Assembly (NCBI GenBank): GCA_907165135.1 | Contig: OU015566.1 | Span: 12,338,001-12,402,000, forward strand | Origin: Oikopleura dioica | Taxonomy: Eukaryota; Animalia; Chordata | Direction of reading: 5' to 3' | Length of the DNA stretch: 64,000 nt | Shown here: one piece after another, positions 25,771-38,924 of the stretch | Layout of the letters: each line of letters starts with the position of its first letter | Position numbering within the stretch: the first letter of the stretch is position 1 | The notes under the pieces: model-generated | Database searches by the model: none | What the model was told of the DNA's origin: nothing | Seen by the model: only the letters and a program-made list of their open reading frames with translations | Program-made: the position numbers and the translations under genes

Positions 25771-26171
25771 GAATAGCCGCTCAAGCTTCAAAGCGACAGA
25801 GTCTCCCTCCTTAATAAAGGTTTTCCTACTCTGCCTGTCCCCATCCCCGCCCACACCCGTTTTTAGAAAAACTCCAGAAGATTTACTAAATCACAGCTTT
25901 ACGGTTTCGCCAATTTAGCGAAATCAAGAAGAGAAATCTGGAAATGAAAATCTGGAAATGAAAAAAGAAAGCTCATAGTTGAGAATCTGATCAAGATGAA
26001 TTTTTAGATTATAATTATTTTATTAAAACAGTAAAAGTTCCTGTTAAATGCCATTCCTGCAAAAACAACGAATTTGAAAACAAGATGCCAACTCAAAGAC
26101 GAGGAAAGCACCCGGGGTAGAAGCTCATTTTATCTTTATTTCTTATCCCATGCAAAAGTACTTTAAAATTT

Positions 26172-28302
26172 TCAAAATAGTACAGAAGATCTCAGGTAGG
26201 TAAAAAGTAAAAGGAAGGAAAATAGGACTACACTTTTTCTACAGTGAAGCAACTGTCGTATTCTGCAGCTGATGAGGTATCCATGCCGTCGATTAAATTA
26301 CGTAGAAAGTTAATTTCTCGCCGGCTTATAAGAAGTAACTATTAGATGGAAACGATTAAGAGCAGACCTGTTATCAAGTAAGAGCCGAGGGTCGTCCGAC
26401 ATTGGACGAAAAAGATTCGGAGCCATGACCATCGCCAAATTCGCCGAATCCATTCTCGTCTTTTGATTTACCTTCAAACTAGTTAGTAAGCAGTTTTCTA
26501 TTCAAAAACAGACCTCTTCTTTTGCGAAAACTTGCAGAAATCTTATCAGATGAGTAAGACAAGATTTTGTCACATCTGAAAGCTTAGAAATGATCTTCAA
26601 TGACTCCTCCTTGTCTTCCGAAGTGTCGAGGATCTCCTCCGTAAGTTCCATCGGAAAGATAGGCTCAGCCATTTCCCGTAGCCATAGTTTTAAAAGTGAG
26701 CAAGCCACATGAGCATCGTCAGAATTCCGCACATGATAGTCTTCCACATCAACTCGAAGAGCATTCACTCGGTCGATTTCTCCAGGTAAACGAAATATGC
26801 CCTCTGCTGAAAGTCCTCCAAGGCGAATTATTTCTGAAGTGAGTTCTCGTTGAATCCACGGAATTTCTAGCTCTGGGAATGAGTCTTTTTGTGTGGCGAG
26901 TATTTCTTCGAGGGTAGTGCCGAACATGCTTTTTTGATAAATATGCCGCTATAAATTGAATTTTAGCATGCTAAAAATATTTGGTGAAATACCTTTGCCA
27001 ACAAGATCTCCGGCTCGCCTGGGTCGATCAAACCTCTTCTGTTGCCCTTTTCGACGACCTTCTTTAATCTTGATAAACAGCCTATAATTTAGCTAAAGAT
27101 CTCATTCATTTAACTTTTCATACTTTGATAAATAGGTTTATGAGTACGTTCATGAAGACTGAGCCACTCTCTTATTAACTTTTGAACGTTCTCGTTTGAC
27201 GGAGCGAAGAAGTAAAGGCAGATTGCTGATAGCTCAAGAAGTTTTGGAAGACATTCATCAGCAGGATTATCTCGGCTCTAATTGAAAGGAGGAAGTGAAT
27301 AGTTTGACAAGCAATTAACCTGTTTGATAATGATCGGATAAATCTCGTTCGCGAGTTCTGAGTGATTCCAGCCAAGAGAAATCAAGCTCACAAGATCATC
27401 AGCTTTCTCTCCATCCAAATAATTATTCACAAGCCTAAAGCACTCTCCAAACTCCTTCATCAACACCTTCGATGATCCATTTGTAAGCGGTCTTTTCAGA
27501 GGCTTCTTCTGAAAAGTCAGCAATTCAGAAACCGCCATTGGCTTTTTCATGAAGCCTCGATTTAATTGAAATGCGCCAGCGCATGTCTCGCCAAAAGTTG
27601 ACTTTGGTCCTTTCGCTGACGATGTTGAGAGGCTTCTTCGAATGTTTTTCGATGCAGGAGATTTTGTTGGAGTCGCGACGGATTTAGACTTTTCTCGAGA
27701 AATTAATCTTGAGTTGTTCAAAGCTGATTTTTCTGGCGACGATTCTGGCGAAGATTCTGCTCCAACACCGGGAGTTCTTCTTGGTGTTGTACTTCCACTT
27801 TTTGCAATTGTACTTTGAGAAGTGTGATCTTCATTTTCTGCTTCTTCCTCGTTCATTTCCTCTATTAAATCTTCTCTGGAGCTCATCGAGTGTCCTGCGC
27901 TCGAGGTATTCAAAAGCTGACGAGTGCTTGTATTATTCGACGCTGTTGAAGCCGCGTCGTTATTTGTGCTCGTTGTGCTCTTGGCATTGGAGATTTCGGA
28001 ATCCTGGCGAGCTCTTCGTTGACGCTGCTGGAATCTAGCGAGAGGGATGATATCCGCGTCAAGGGGCCTGTGCCAAACTGTCGTCATTTTGAACGCGTTG
28101 TAATAATAGAACCGGCTGAAAGAAAAGATAAGAAATTGATTGAAAACAAGGAAGAGTACCCAGTTGAATGATCAAAGAGCTCCCACCATTGAGACAAGTT
28201 CGCCTGTTTTATCGGCTCTCCAATGGGGGCTTCCCACTGGCACTGACCCGTACCGAGGTTGGCGAACATTCGCTCGCCGCGCTCATATATTTCCACCCAC
28301 AT
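26172..28302 (-). CDS. ARHGAP39: Rho GTPase-activating protein 39 (WW-WW, MyTH4, RhoGAP), multi-exon; 3' end approximate
   Basis: WVEIYE...FANLGTGQCQWEAP and QWWELFD (WW), ELANEIYPIIIKQ (MyTH4), GIFRLPGE and ACSLLKLWLREM (RhoGAP), MDSANLAMVMAPN. Confidence 0.88.
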
Positions 28303-28417
28303 AATGTGTGGCGGAAGGTACTTTCCTCGCCAATCTTTTCAAATAACCGATCTCTAAAAACTGTAGATGTTTTCCGGGTTTTCTAAGTTCACGGTGGTGT
28401 GGCAGTCAAAAAGAGAG

Positions 28418-29374
28418 CTATCGAACATCTCGCCGTTGGAGAATGATCGTGTTCAGTTGGTGATAAATGTTCTTTATTGCTTCTGAAATGTCCTTCGTGA
28501 TCTTTTCTAGCTAACAAAGGGCTCAATTTTATCATAATTTTTTGGAATGATACAAGGACGTTAGTTTCAAATACATTGATGAGCCCTAAAATAATCCATG
28601 TGCAGTCGTGATTCCACTTCAAAAAACACCATCTCTCCCGTCTTCGGCATTCCAGTAGCCACAATCGTCGGTATTCTTGCTGTTTCCTCCGAGTACGCTA
28701 AAAAACAATAGGCAGCTGTTCACTCTTTCATGCTTTACCTAAATCCAAGAGCGAATAGGCAACATTATCTTTGATAGCGACGCCGCATGAGACAGCACAG
28801 CAAACGTCCCGAATGGGAATGCCGGCATCGATCAAGGCCAAAGTCGCTGCATTCACACACACGGCGTAATCGCCTCCATCAGCTTGAAGGACCTCAACAA
28901 AGATGGAAATGGCAGAGCGAGGATAAAGAGTAGTCAGAATTGTAGCCTCAAATGTCTTCTTCAGTGAGAGCGAAATTTCTTGCGCTTTCTTGTCACCTGG
29001 AAAAGTTTTATAGAAAGACCAATATTTTCAACCTTACCTCTCGCTCTTCTCTTTCTTTCCGCCGAAGCAAAAGCCGCTCTTGAATACTCAACATCAACAA
29101 TACATCTCTCCTGGCTAACAGCTCCCCTTTGGCTGGCCATCGGCTCCCGCGGCCCAAAAACCGCCGCTAAGACTTTCGTATTTCCCTAATAAGCCCAATT
29201 AACTCCAAATTCAGTCCCTCGAGAACAATAAATTACATGATTCGACAAATTTACCTGTTGTAAAATAGCTGATCCATCGGCGTGATCAAAAACGCCCAGG
29301 CGACCTTGAATCTTTCGAAATTCTGCTGCTCGTCGTCCGTCGAAACGGAATCCTTCGTCTGATAAAAGCTCCAT
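28418..29374 (-). CDS. EXOSC4: Exosome complex component RRP41, multi-exon
   Basis: MELLSDEGFRFDGRR...GVFDHADGSA, VLQADGG, ESRLHMD. Confidence 0.92.
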
Positions 29375-29486
29375 TCTGAAAAAGTCAACCTTCAGCATTC
29401 ATCATTCAGAGTCGATGTGAGTCGCGCTTATTTTATAGACGTATGGAAATGAGTTTGTTAATTTAAAGTCTGAGCGCACTTTCTCT

Positions 29487-31523
29487 TCACTCCGCAAGTT
29501 CCCAATCGCCTCCATCATCTTCGGTTTCCAACACTTTAAGATTCTTCTGCTTTCGTATCCTTTTTCGATCAACTATTGCCATTTTTGTCATTCGGTTTTT
29601 GTACTGAAAGTATTGAAAACTTTTTCATATTTTTTCATTACCTTTTTCACGGCTAAGGGATTTTTCTTCGGAACCTTCGTCTGTAACTCTTCTCTCTCAA
29701 CCTTCTGTGTTTTCACTCGCTTTTTATCATTCAAATCTGCTTTCGCCAGGTTTAAGACTGATTGCGGTAATTCTGCACCAGATTGAACCATTACTCCTCT
29801 CAGAATTCTTATTCGATCTCTGAGAAAGGTGGTTAATTCAAATCAGACAGTCAATTAAAGGATTTACCTGTCCGCATCTGAGAAGAAGGTAATTGCATGG
29901 CCCGTGCGATTATATCTTCCGCATCTTTTTAAAAGGATCAAAAGATAAAAACATTCTCTTAGAAACTAGTTGAATCAGACCCTCTCCTTCCAACTCTGTG
30001 AACATAATCAGTAACTGAGTTGGGGCAGTCATAATTAATAACGGTCGAAGTCATTGGCAAGTCCAGACCCCGAGAAGCGACATCTGTGGTAATCAGGAGC
30101 CATACTTTGCCCACGCGCGTCGCCTGGATCACTTTCTGACGATCGGCATTCGATTTTGCGGCGCAGAGTGACATTGCATTAATCCCATCGTACAGAAGTT
30201 CTCCCATGATTCGCTAAATATCGGATAAGAAATCGAAGAAGACATCTTCTTTCAGTTAAAATTTTGCTCATGAATGCTCGGGGGAGTTCTCAATTATAAG
30301 CCTTTCTAGATTTTATAAATTAATAAGTCGACAGGAAACTGTACAAGGACCGAAAAATATGAATAACTGTTAGAGAACACAAATTTACGGTTTCTGAAAA
30401 TCTTCCAAATACAGAAAAATCTTACCTGGCATCGCTCCTTCGTCTCAGTAAACAGAATCGCAGGCGGCCTAAAGCCGTCCTTGATAAACTCCCGCAGCGC
30501 TAATAGCTTGCCCCGCTCGTTGCCACAATAGATGACTTTCTGCGAAACATTTTGATTCACAGCATTTCCCGATTTTCCAATGGCTACTGTAACTCCTTGA
30601 TTGTTGAAGTTGGAATGTCCGAATTTCTCGACGGCGCCAGACATTGTTGCGCTAAACAGACCGACTTGGTGGTTGTCAGCGCACTTTTACTGGGTCTTTA
30701 GCTGTCTTCCTATGAATATAAATCGCTGGGGACTAGAATAAGACCCATTCCTGTGATCTTAGTATGTTAACTTGTGCCGAAAAGCTCTTTGGATCGTCAG
30801 GGTTGAGTTTATTCGTGATTTCCAACATTTTATCGCACTCGTCAAGAACGATCATTTGACACTTCGACAGATCGAGTTCTTTGCTATCCAACATATTAAT
30901 GATTCGATTCGGCGTTCCACAGAGAATATGACAGCTTTGAATGTTTCTATCGCTCTGACTTGTGTCTGATATTTTCGGCCAGAGGCCTCGTGCAAGAGCT
31001 CGTCCAACGCCGCCGATTTGCTCGGCCAACTCGCGCGAGGGCGATAAGACGATGGTGAAAAGAGTGTCCTTGATATTCTTGCGCCCGATCTTCAAAAGCT
31101 TCTCAATAACAGGGATCATGAACGCGCCTGTCTTTCCACTTCCAGTTGCCGCGGTGCAAACACAGTTCTTTCCAGCTCGTAAGATAGGAATTGCCGCCAT
31201 TTGAATTCTCGTCGGATTTTCCCAACGTAGAACTTCTTTCAGATTGTTTTTAATCGCCTTGTTGACACCGTTGAAATCTGATAGCAGAGGGTAAGTCGAA
31301 TCATCTTCAGCATTCATATTTGTCACAAAAATGCCTTTCTTAGGGTCATCTTCTTTTATGTTTTCTTCGAGCTTTGGTGCTTTCTAGGAGAATTTTGAAG
31401 AATTGGAAATCCGACTTATTGTACCTTTGGAATGATGCCTAAATTTTCAGCATCCTCTCTGTACTTTTTTCGATCGAATTTTGCCCCTCTCGTTAGCTTT
31501 TTAAATATCGAATCATAATCCAT
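29487..31523 (-). CDS. DDX52: DEAD-box RNA helicase 52 (ROK1), multi-exon
   Basis: N-terminal [54 protein letters not shown]. Confidence 0.92.
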
Positions 31524-31898
31524 TCTCTTATCTCTGAGAAAATGATGATAAACGGATTTTCTGTTTTAGTGAATTAAAGAAAGTATGGTGTAAATCAATG
31601 GAGAAAACCTTGGAAATCGGAGAGCGTATTGATAAAGAGAAAATAGGAAGGAAGAAATATGAAAGAGAACTTTATAAGCGTGGGTTATACACAGCGTAAT
31701 GACGATTTGATAGAACGCGCAAAATTCTGGTCCAAAATTTTGAAACTCAGGAGAGGAAAATTCTTTGAAAGGCAGTGACGCAAATTTTAAAGAAACAAGG
31801 AGCTCGTGCGTATAATACAGTCATGTGTTCAAAAAGAAAAATGCGCTACATTATATTCTACATCTGAAAATAAGTATTGATAAGTATCAGTGTTTGTG

Positions 31899-33239
31899 TC
31901 AGACTCTGAGGATTTCTAGGAAACCGGAGGTTGATGAGTTGTAGGTAATTGCAATCCAGTCGTTGTAAAGCGCTCCCCACTGGACGGAGTTGATTTCTCC
32001 ACCGGCGGAGTAGGCCAGGATAGGGTCTTCTAGTAATTTAAGAGCTTTGATAATATGCAGAATTCATTACCTATTGCACGAGGCATTTGTTGAATATCCC
32101 AAATTAGGGCTTGCTTATCATCTCCGACAGTACAAACATGATGGGCCGAGTGAGGCGCCCATGAAACCCCATTCACTAATAATTACCATTTTTGATGTAA
32201 ATTGAAGCAAACTTACCTGCAGCTCGATGATTTGCAAGACGAGCAACAGGAATACAGGGCACTCTCTTGTCCAAAATAATGATTTCAGAAACGTCCATGC
32301 CCAGCGCAGCAATGTAATTTGCATCGATTCCATTCCACGCTAGGCGGAGCAATGGACGCATTGGGTTCGATTCGTAGATGATAGTTGAATGCTCCAGGTG
32401 TCGTAGGTCGAAAATGCGCACTGAAAAGTATACTCTTCCTTGACTGCACTTCAATTTTGACTCGCACCTGATCCGTCTCCACCAACAGAAGCAAATCCAT
32501 TCTGACTTGATCTGTCAAAAGCAATGTCGTATACTTCCTGTTCATGAGCTATCAGTTGCGTCCTTACTCTTCCTGTTTGAGTACTTCTATGACCAGAAGT
32601 CGAAGCAAGAGCTTGGCCAGTTTCTACTTCCCAAATAGTGCAAGTTGTGTCTATCGATGATGTTCCAATTAGACGAGGGTTGATTGGAGACCAATCGAAG
32701 GATGTCAATGGAGCGCAGAAATCACGGTCGTTGTTGTTGTTGAGAAGATGAGTCTGCTCCCAGTGACGAGGATTCGGATTCGTCTCGTTGTAATTTGCGC
32801 GAAATATCCTTATCCGTGAGCTGACAATCCGAAAATTAGACGTACCTGAGATAATCGCCCGAAGTAGCGATTAAATCCGGCCTGCCGGAGTCCGTAGTCG
32901 CGTTAGGAGGACACCACATGATCTTTGTACAAGGATAAGGATGATCTATCGTCGATTCCTCTTCAAACTCTGTCCTGGAAAATCAAAATCAAACGAAAGC
33001 AATTAGAATGGGCGTACCGAACATTTGGATCAAGATTTAGAATTTTAACTTTGTTTGAGTACTCCTCGATAAAAGAACCAACGGCGAGACGAAATGCTCC
33101 GTCTTCAGTAGGTCGCTGACACCAGCCCATGGAAAATAACGGCCACGGAGATTCATAACTTAAAAATCCAAATTCAACAAAATTTAGGTGGCCTTTTTTA
33201 CCAATAAATTTCTCTTCGATTTCTCACTCGTCGCGCCAT
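31899..33239 (-). CDS. DCAF7: DDB1- and CUL4-associated factor 7 (WDR68/HAN11), multi-exon
   Basis: [54 protein letters not shown]-terminal LEILRV. Confidence 0.95.
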
Positions 33240-33379
33240 TTTCAAATTGTCCGATTTTTTCTTAACAAAAGTAAACTTTATCAAATAAACTTTCTGCTTA
33301 TTGCACGACATATATTCAGAGAAGACAGGTTGACAAGTTTGAAATATGCGAAATTTTGAAACGACTAGAATGGATTTCA

Positions 33380-34772
33380 TTATAAATTGCCTAATTGGCT
33401 CATCAGATCTTCTAGTGAAACATCGGAAGTTTGAACTGCAGGGCTCTCTTTTGAAGATTCTTCTGTCACAGCTTTTTGAGTTGATGGAGCTTGGGATGGA
33501 GTGGGAATCGGATCTTCTTCGTCTTCCTCGCACATTTCGATCTCGAAGGGATTGTCGATGACGACTTCTTCTTCTACTTCCTCGACTTTGGGCTTATAGA
33601 TGATCAGTTCTTTCTCGTTGGTTTCGACCTTTTTCTGCATTTTTTTGCAAAAAGAATCGTTACAAGATGGATTTGGCTTCATCGGGTACTTCGGGAAGTG
33701 ATCTACAAAGAAATCATCTACTGAAATGACACATTTTCTAACCTCTTAGGGCGTTGTATCCGAGATAAGGGCTGACTTCTCCGAAATCGAGGAGAAACTT
33801 GAGCGTGTTCTGAACCAGAAAACCAGCTACGATTCCCATCGTCGTCGGCAAACTAGCAGCGCATACACCTTCTCGCTTCAAGGTTTTCTCATCAGTTCCT
33901 TCTGCCATGATTAGCGGTGGAGCACAACCAAAGCAAGCAGTTTCTCCTGGAGAAATGAACTGAAAATGGTTTGAAAATGTCGTAGAATTTGAAATTAATC
34001 GTACCTGGATATGGCCAGAAACAGCATTCTCTGAAACGCCCGATTCAATCCACGTCTGGCCGAGCTCGTTACAAGCTTGATTGATGCTCATTCTCGCCTC
34101 GAAGTTGTCAACGCAGCTCAGTACTAAATCGACTCTTCCACCAGTCAACGATCCGTTCGTCATTTGCCCCAAGAAATGGTCAAAGTTCTCGACCAAAGTG
34201 ATGTTGTAATTGTGCGTTTCAATGACGACATCGGGATTGATGTTTTCAAGCGTTTGAGCAGCCGCTGCAACTTTTGATTGACCGGATTGATGGGGCTGGA
34301 AGAAGAGGCGGTTCATGTTTGCCATTTCGACTTTGTCGTAGTCGAAGAGGATCAGTTTTCCAATGCCACAACGCGTGAGCATTTCCGCTGTGACAAAAAA
34401 GGGGTTTCATACGCATTCGAATCCTTTTCCAGAAATTATAAATGAAACACCAATCTGAGCCAACTCCGCCAACACCTACGACAATGACAGTCTTCTTTCG
34501 AATGTCCTCGTAGTTTTTCACAATGCCCATCCGCTGAAGCGCCATCAGACGAGAATAAGGATTAGAATCTTTCACTTCGGACGAGAGTTTTTCGATCTGC
34601 AATTATTTTTTATCATTTATTCTTTTTCGAGAAAAAATTACGAATCAAGTTAATATAGAGGTAGAAAAACCTTGGATCTCGCTGGAGCATTTTCTCCCAC
34701 TCTTGCGATCTGTTCTTTCAATTCCTTTACTTGCTTTTGCAGACTTTCAATAAGTTCCTTATCGCTACTCAT
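33380..34772 (-). CDS. UBA5: UFM1-activating enzyme UBA5, multi-exon
   Basis: [69 protein letters not shown]. Confidence 0.97.
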
Positions 34773-34944
34773 TCTTGAAGAAATTTCGATGAAGAATGCG
34801 GATTGATTTATTGAAGAAAGTATTTCCTGCAAATCAAAGAGACAATTTGTTTTTTGATAGATTTTTGTGAAGATAAATGGCAGTTGATAAATGAACTTCG
34901 GAGAAATTAAAAAAAAAAACTAAATGGCAGCTAAATTGAGTCTT

Positions 34945-35578
34945 TCTACTGACTGCAGAAATCGCTTTCGTCGATGACCAGGCCAGGATCGCTTCCAACC
35001 GACTCTTGAGTCTTCTAAAAAAGCGATCAAAATAAGCTCAAACAGGAGAGACTTACATTTCTTGCTTCAAGTTCGGCTTTATTCGTTTCTTCTGAGACTA
35101 CAATAGTCTCTTTCGGCGTTTTGACGGGCTCATTTTTGGGATAAAGAGTCTCTTTGACGACATAAGAGACGTTCTTTTCATTTCCGACTGTCTCTACTGC
35201 AGTTGGAACAGATGTTTCTTGCTTCTTTTCTTCAACAGGAGTAGCAGCGAGGGTCTTTTCTTCCATCGTCTCGTCATCTTGCTCGATTTCTGTCTCCTCG
35301 TCTGGATCCGTGTAAAAACTAGTTACCAGAAATTCGTCTTCTTCGTGTTCCTCGACCTTCTGTTTCTTGGAAATTGGCTCGTATAATTCTTGAGCTTTGA
35401 AATCAGGGAAATGGGGGATAATGTCTGATCTTATCTTCGGCTGTTCTTTAGCAAAGGCGGACATATGCTTCTTTTTCATAGCTCGACTTTTTTCATCATC
35501 CGAGAACTCATCTTCCGACCATTCTTCCCCATTCTCAGCCCATTCTTCAGCGACGTTTTCAACACGATCTGTTTCCAT
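34945..35578 (-). CDS. Hypothetical acidic, low-complexity protein; 3' end approximate
   Basis: About 175-codon open exon starting at an ATG directly after TTTCAG, ending at a GTAAG donor, followed by a short terminal exon. Confidence 0.55.
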
Positions 35579-35763
35579 CTGAAATTTAAGAATTGAAATC
35601 AAAGTGGATGAAATTTTAGGCATTTTTAGTGTTGAAGGCACGCAGGAAATAAGAAGGTAACTCAGGTGGCATTAGAAGATAAATAAACAAGAAAAAATAG
35701 GTAAAAAGTCGGTTGAAGTTTTTCACAATTATTTGAAGGTAAATTGGTGGATTTCGATTTTTC

Positions 35764-37633
35764 TCAGGCCTTGCCCCTGAAATGTGATAATGAAAAGATG
35801 AACCGAAAAGAAATTACACTCACGTTCGTTTTTGACGAGCAAGATCGACATTTCTAGTGATCAACTGGCCGCAAATGTGTCGTGGTCCGGGACAGCTAAA
35901 TTGATAGCCAAGTTTTTTGATGGACGTATTCTCTTCGAGCACGTTTTTCAGCGTTTCTTCGAACTTTCCTGCAAGTTTTTGGCGCTGATTGGCGAACCGG
36001 ATTTCGGAAAGAGTTGTATTTGCCCTGCAAAAAACAATAAGTGTTCTGAAGTTCAAAATGCCTAAACATTTGTAAACTGCAACTTACGAAAGAGCTTCGA
36101 CAATAGCTAGCATTCCCTCGGTCGTGATGAAGTTTGTTTCAATGTTGAGGCTCGAAAGGGTCGAATTTTGGCAGAGGACTGCTGCCAGAGCTTGAGCGAC
36201 GACATCAGTGGACTTGGTGTTGGCGATCGAGAAGGATTTTACGCTCGTGTTCGACTTTTAATCGGATAAGAATTGAAAATCTTGATAAAGCCGCTTGTGA
36301 AGGCTTATTTTTATATTAAATCGAAGCCGCCATCGGCTTCTTTGTTTTCAGTGAACATAAAAATAGAAATTGTTATCCAAGTCCTTGAGTGCTTCGCAAA
36401 ATTCAACGATGGTGTCTATTTGTATATTATAAACATTGTTGAGATTGAGTTCAGTGAGCGAGCTGTCATTTTTTTTGACTTGCTCGAGAGCAGCTTCAAC
36501 ATCTATCGCGTTTGGTTCGTCATCGAGCGACGCCAAGGGAAGTTTGCACAAAGTGTTGTCCTTCCAACTCTCCGTACAGACCATTTGATCGCCCGCCCCT
36601 TGCGCGTCATAGTACTGCTGGTTGTTCAGCATCTTGTAGAGCCCTTGAACAGGGGTTTCCCATCTCTTTCTCTCTATTTTCATAAAAAAATGAGCAATTT
36701 TTAATAGAAATATAGCTAGTCTAGAAGAAAGTAGATTTATCTAGAATTCACAAGCTTTTTTGGTGCACTTTTGATTGAAAGTAAAAGGATGCAAGACTCT
36801 AAATTAAAAGCGTATATTATCGGGCGTTTTTGTGAAAGCGAAGACGCAGTGTGTGTAGAAAAGTGGCCGATCAGACGCCTAACTTTGCCCGAGCGTCAAA
36901 TCAGAAGATGCCCACGAAATTTCAGCATGGATTTATTTCCTTGACAGAAATTTGGAAATGTATTGTATTTGAAAGAATTTTGAATAGCCTGAGTTGTGGA
37001 AACCCCGTGTGCCTAATACAGCTGCAAGGTCAGTGAGCTCCAAGTCAGTGGCATTTTCAAGTGCCTGCTTCACTTCTGGCTCCAAGTTGTCTTCAGCTGT
37101 CGCGCCGTCCTCGAGCGCGTACGGATTGTCTGACACGATCTTTTCCTTTTGCTTGAAGACTTTTCCTTTCTTCGTTCCTGAATCCTCCGTGAAATATTAT
37201 TTATACAATTCTTTTCTTACCCGGAACAAATGGAACCTCTTCCTCCTTATCGGGAATTTCCAGCGCGGTTTCCTCCAACGAGTTCATCAATTTCTCCCGA
37301 TCAAGTGGGCCAGTTGGCTCTTTCTTGGTATGATCTCGTTGACGATGTCCGACAGGGAGCATCGTGTTGTCCGGATCCATATCAGCGATGTCGCAAAGAA
37401 GATTTTGCAGGTCATCCTCGGCCATTTCAGCTAAGATCTTCGACTCATCGATTCCCAGGATCTTTTGCCTGAAGAAAAGATATATTTTTTATTTGAATAT
37501 ATATTCTCCACCGCGTCATAAACTACATGTTATGAAGAAAGTCCCTAATTATCTGATGACTCGGATCAACTAACCTTTCTGCTTCCTTTTTAGCTTCGAG
37601 GGCATCTTTATTCTCAATTTCAGCATCCGCCAT
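35764..37633 (-). CDS. TMOD: Tropomodulin, multi-exon
   Basis: [43 protein letters not shown] region, [21 protein letters not shown]. Confidence 0.93.
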
Positions 37634-38734
37634 CTTTTTTCTTTCCTTGTTACTGTATCTGCTCTCTATAAAAATATAGCTTGAGTTAGAGAAGTCGTGG
37701 GAAAGTTTGACAAGAGTGCTAGGTTGAAATGCGAGAGGCGAAAAGCCATGTTAATTTTTCGAAGATGAAGCAGAAAGTAAAGATTTAGGTTGAAAACAGT
37801 TTTTTTTGACTAATGGAAGATTAGGTAGACGTACTTTGATGAGTTTTTATCGTAAATGGTTGTTTTTGAAGAAGCTCAAAATGATACAGGTTAATGAAGA
37901 GTGGGAGACAAGAGTTTTATAAGTTACATGTAAGATACTATCAAGTTATGGAGTCAGGGATATCTGCAAATATATTTCGGATACGTAGAGTTGTATTTAC
38001 ACAAGACAGTAGTTTTTTTTCTTTGGAAGGGTAAAATTCAGAAGACAGTTTTTGATGGACAGCTCAATAGAAAATTCAAAAATTTTACTTTGTCTAGAAT
38101 CAAGTCACTAGATCATTGGAGAATTTATGCGTTATGCAAGTTGAAGATGAATATTTAAAAGAAGAAACAAAAAAAGGAGCTCAAGAAAACGAATCGTAAG
38201 TCGGCTCTGCTCCCATCATCGCCGGCGAGGTGGATGGTGAACTTTTCCAGGGATCGACAATTGACCAAATGACGTTTTATTTTTCTACCTTATGATAATT
38301 AATCTGCTTCATCCTCCACGTCATCCCGATTTGCTCATGAGAATATTTTGTTCCTGGTTCGATTTCTATGAGGTCTCATGAAATTAAGGGGCTTTCGAAA
38401 TTATTTTTGGATAGAACTGTAACTCAAGCGCAGCCTAGTCGATCGTCCCGCCTCGCGAGTGACGAAGGTTGAAACAGAAGATTCTGCTGAGATTGCTGAG
38501 CCGGATTCAACTAGTTTTTTATTCATATTCTGACTAAGGCGTGATAATTTTTCTACGAAGCATCTGACTTTTAGATCAACTGGCAACCTACTGAAAGATC
38601 TTGCCTGATAGAATTACAGTCACATTGAGCTAGAGCACTAGATTTTCCGACGAACTCGAACTTTAAGACTTTCAGACCTTGTGCCTTCATTTACAGAATT
38701 ATAGAATATACTGAAATAATTTTCTGGTTTATTT

Positions 38735-38776
38735 GTGAGCTACCGGTTTCGGATATTAATCCTTCATCAGGCTAAC
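38735..38776 (-). ncRNA. Minimal type I hammerhead ribozyme in the 3' pLTR
   Basis: Reverse complement reads GTTAGC-CTGATGA-A-GGAT-TAAT-ATCC-GAAA-CCG-GTA-GCTCAC: conserved core, stem II, palindromic short stem III. Confidence 0.8.
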
Positions 38777-38924
38777 AAGTACAATAAACATATATTCCGT
38801 TGAAAAGTAAGTTACCGTGAGGCGAGCGAAAGCACGACTGAGGTGAAAGCGAGAAAACAACAAAGATCATATCGTAACAGAAATGGCAAAAGGGGCGCCA
38901 AGAATGGATTGATGTATGCCCCTT

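Noticed and set aside
22547-25918. Repeat ORFs MSQSLETHRVNKK(R/S)(K/T)PVA as a real repetitive protein
   Set aside because: They arise from the 54-nt period; A-run length changes shift frame repeatedly and there is no unique N- or C-terminal domain.
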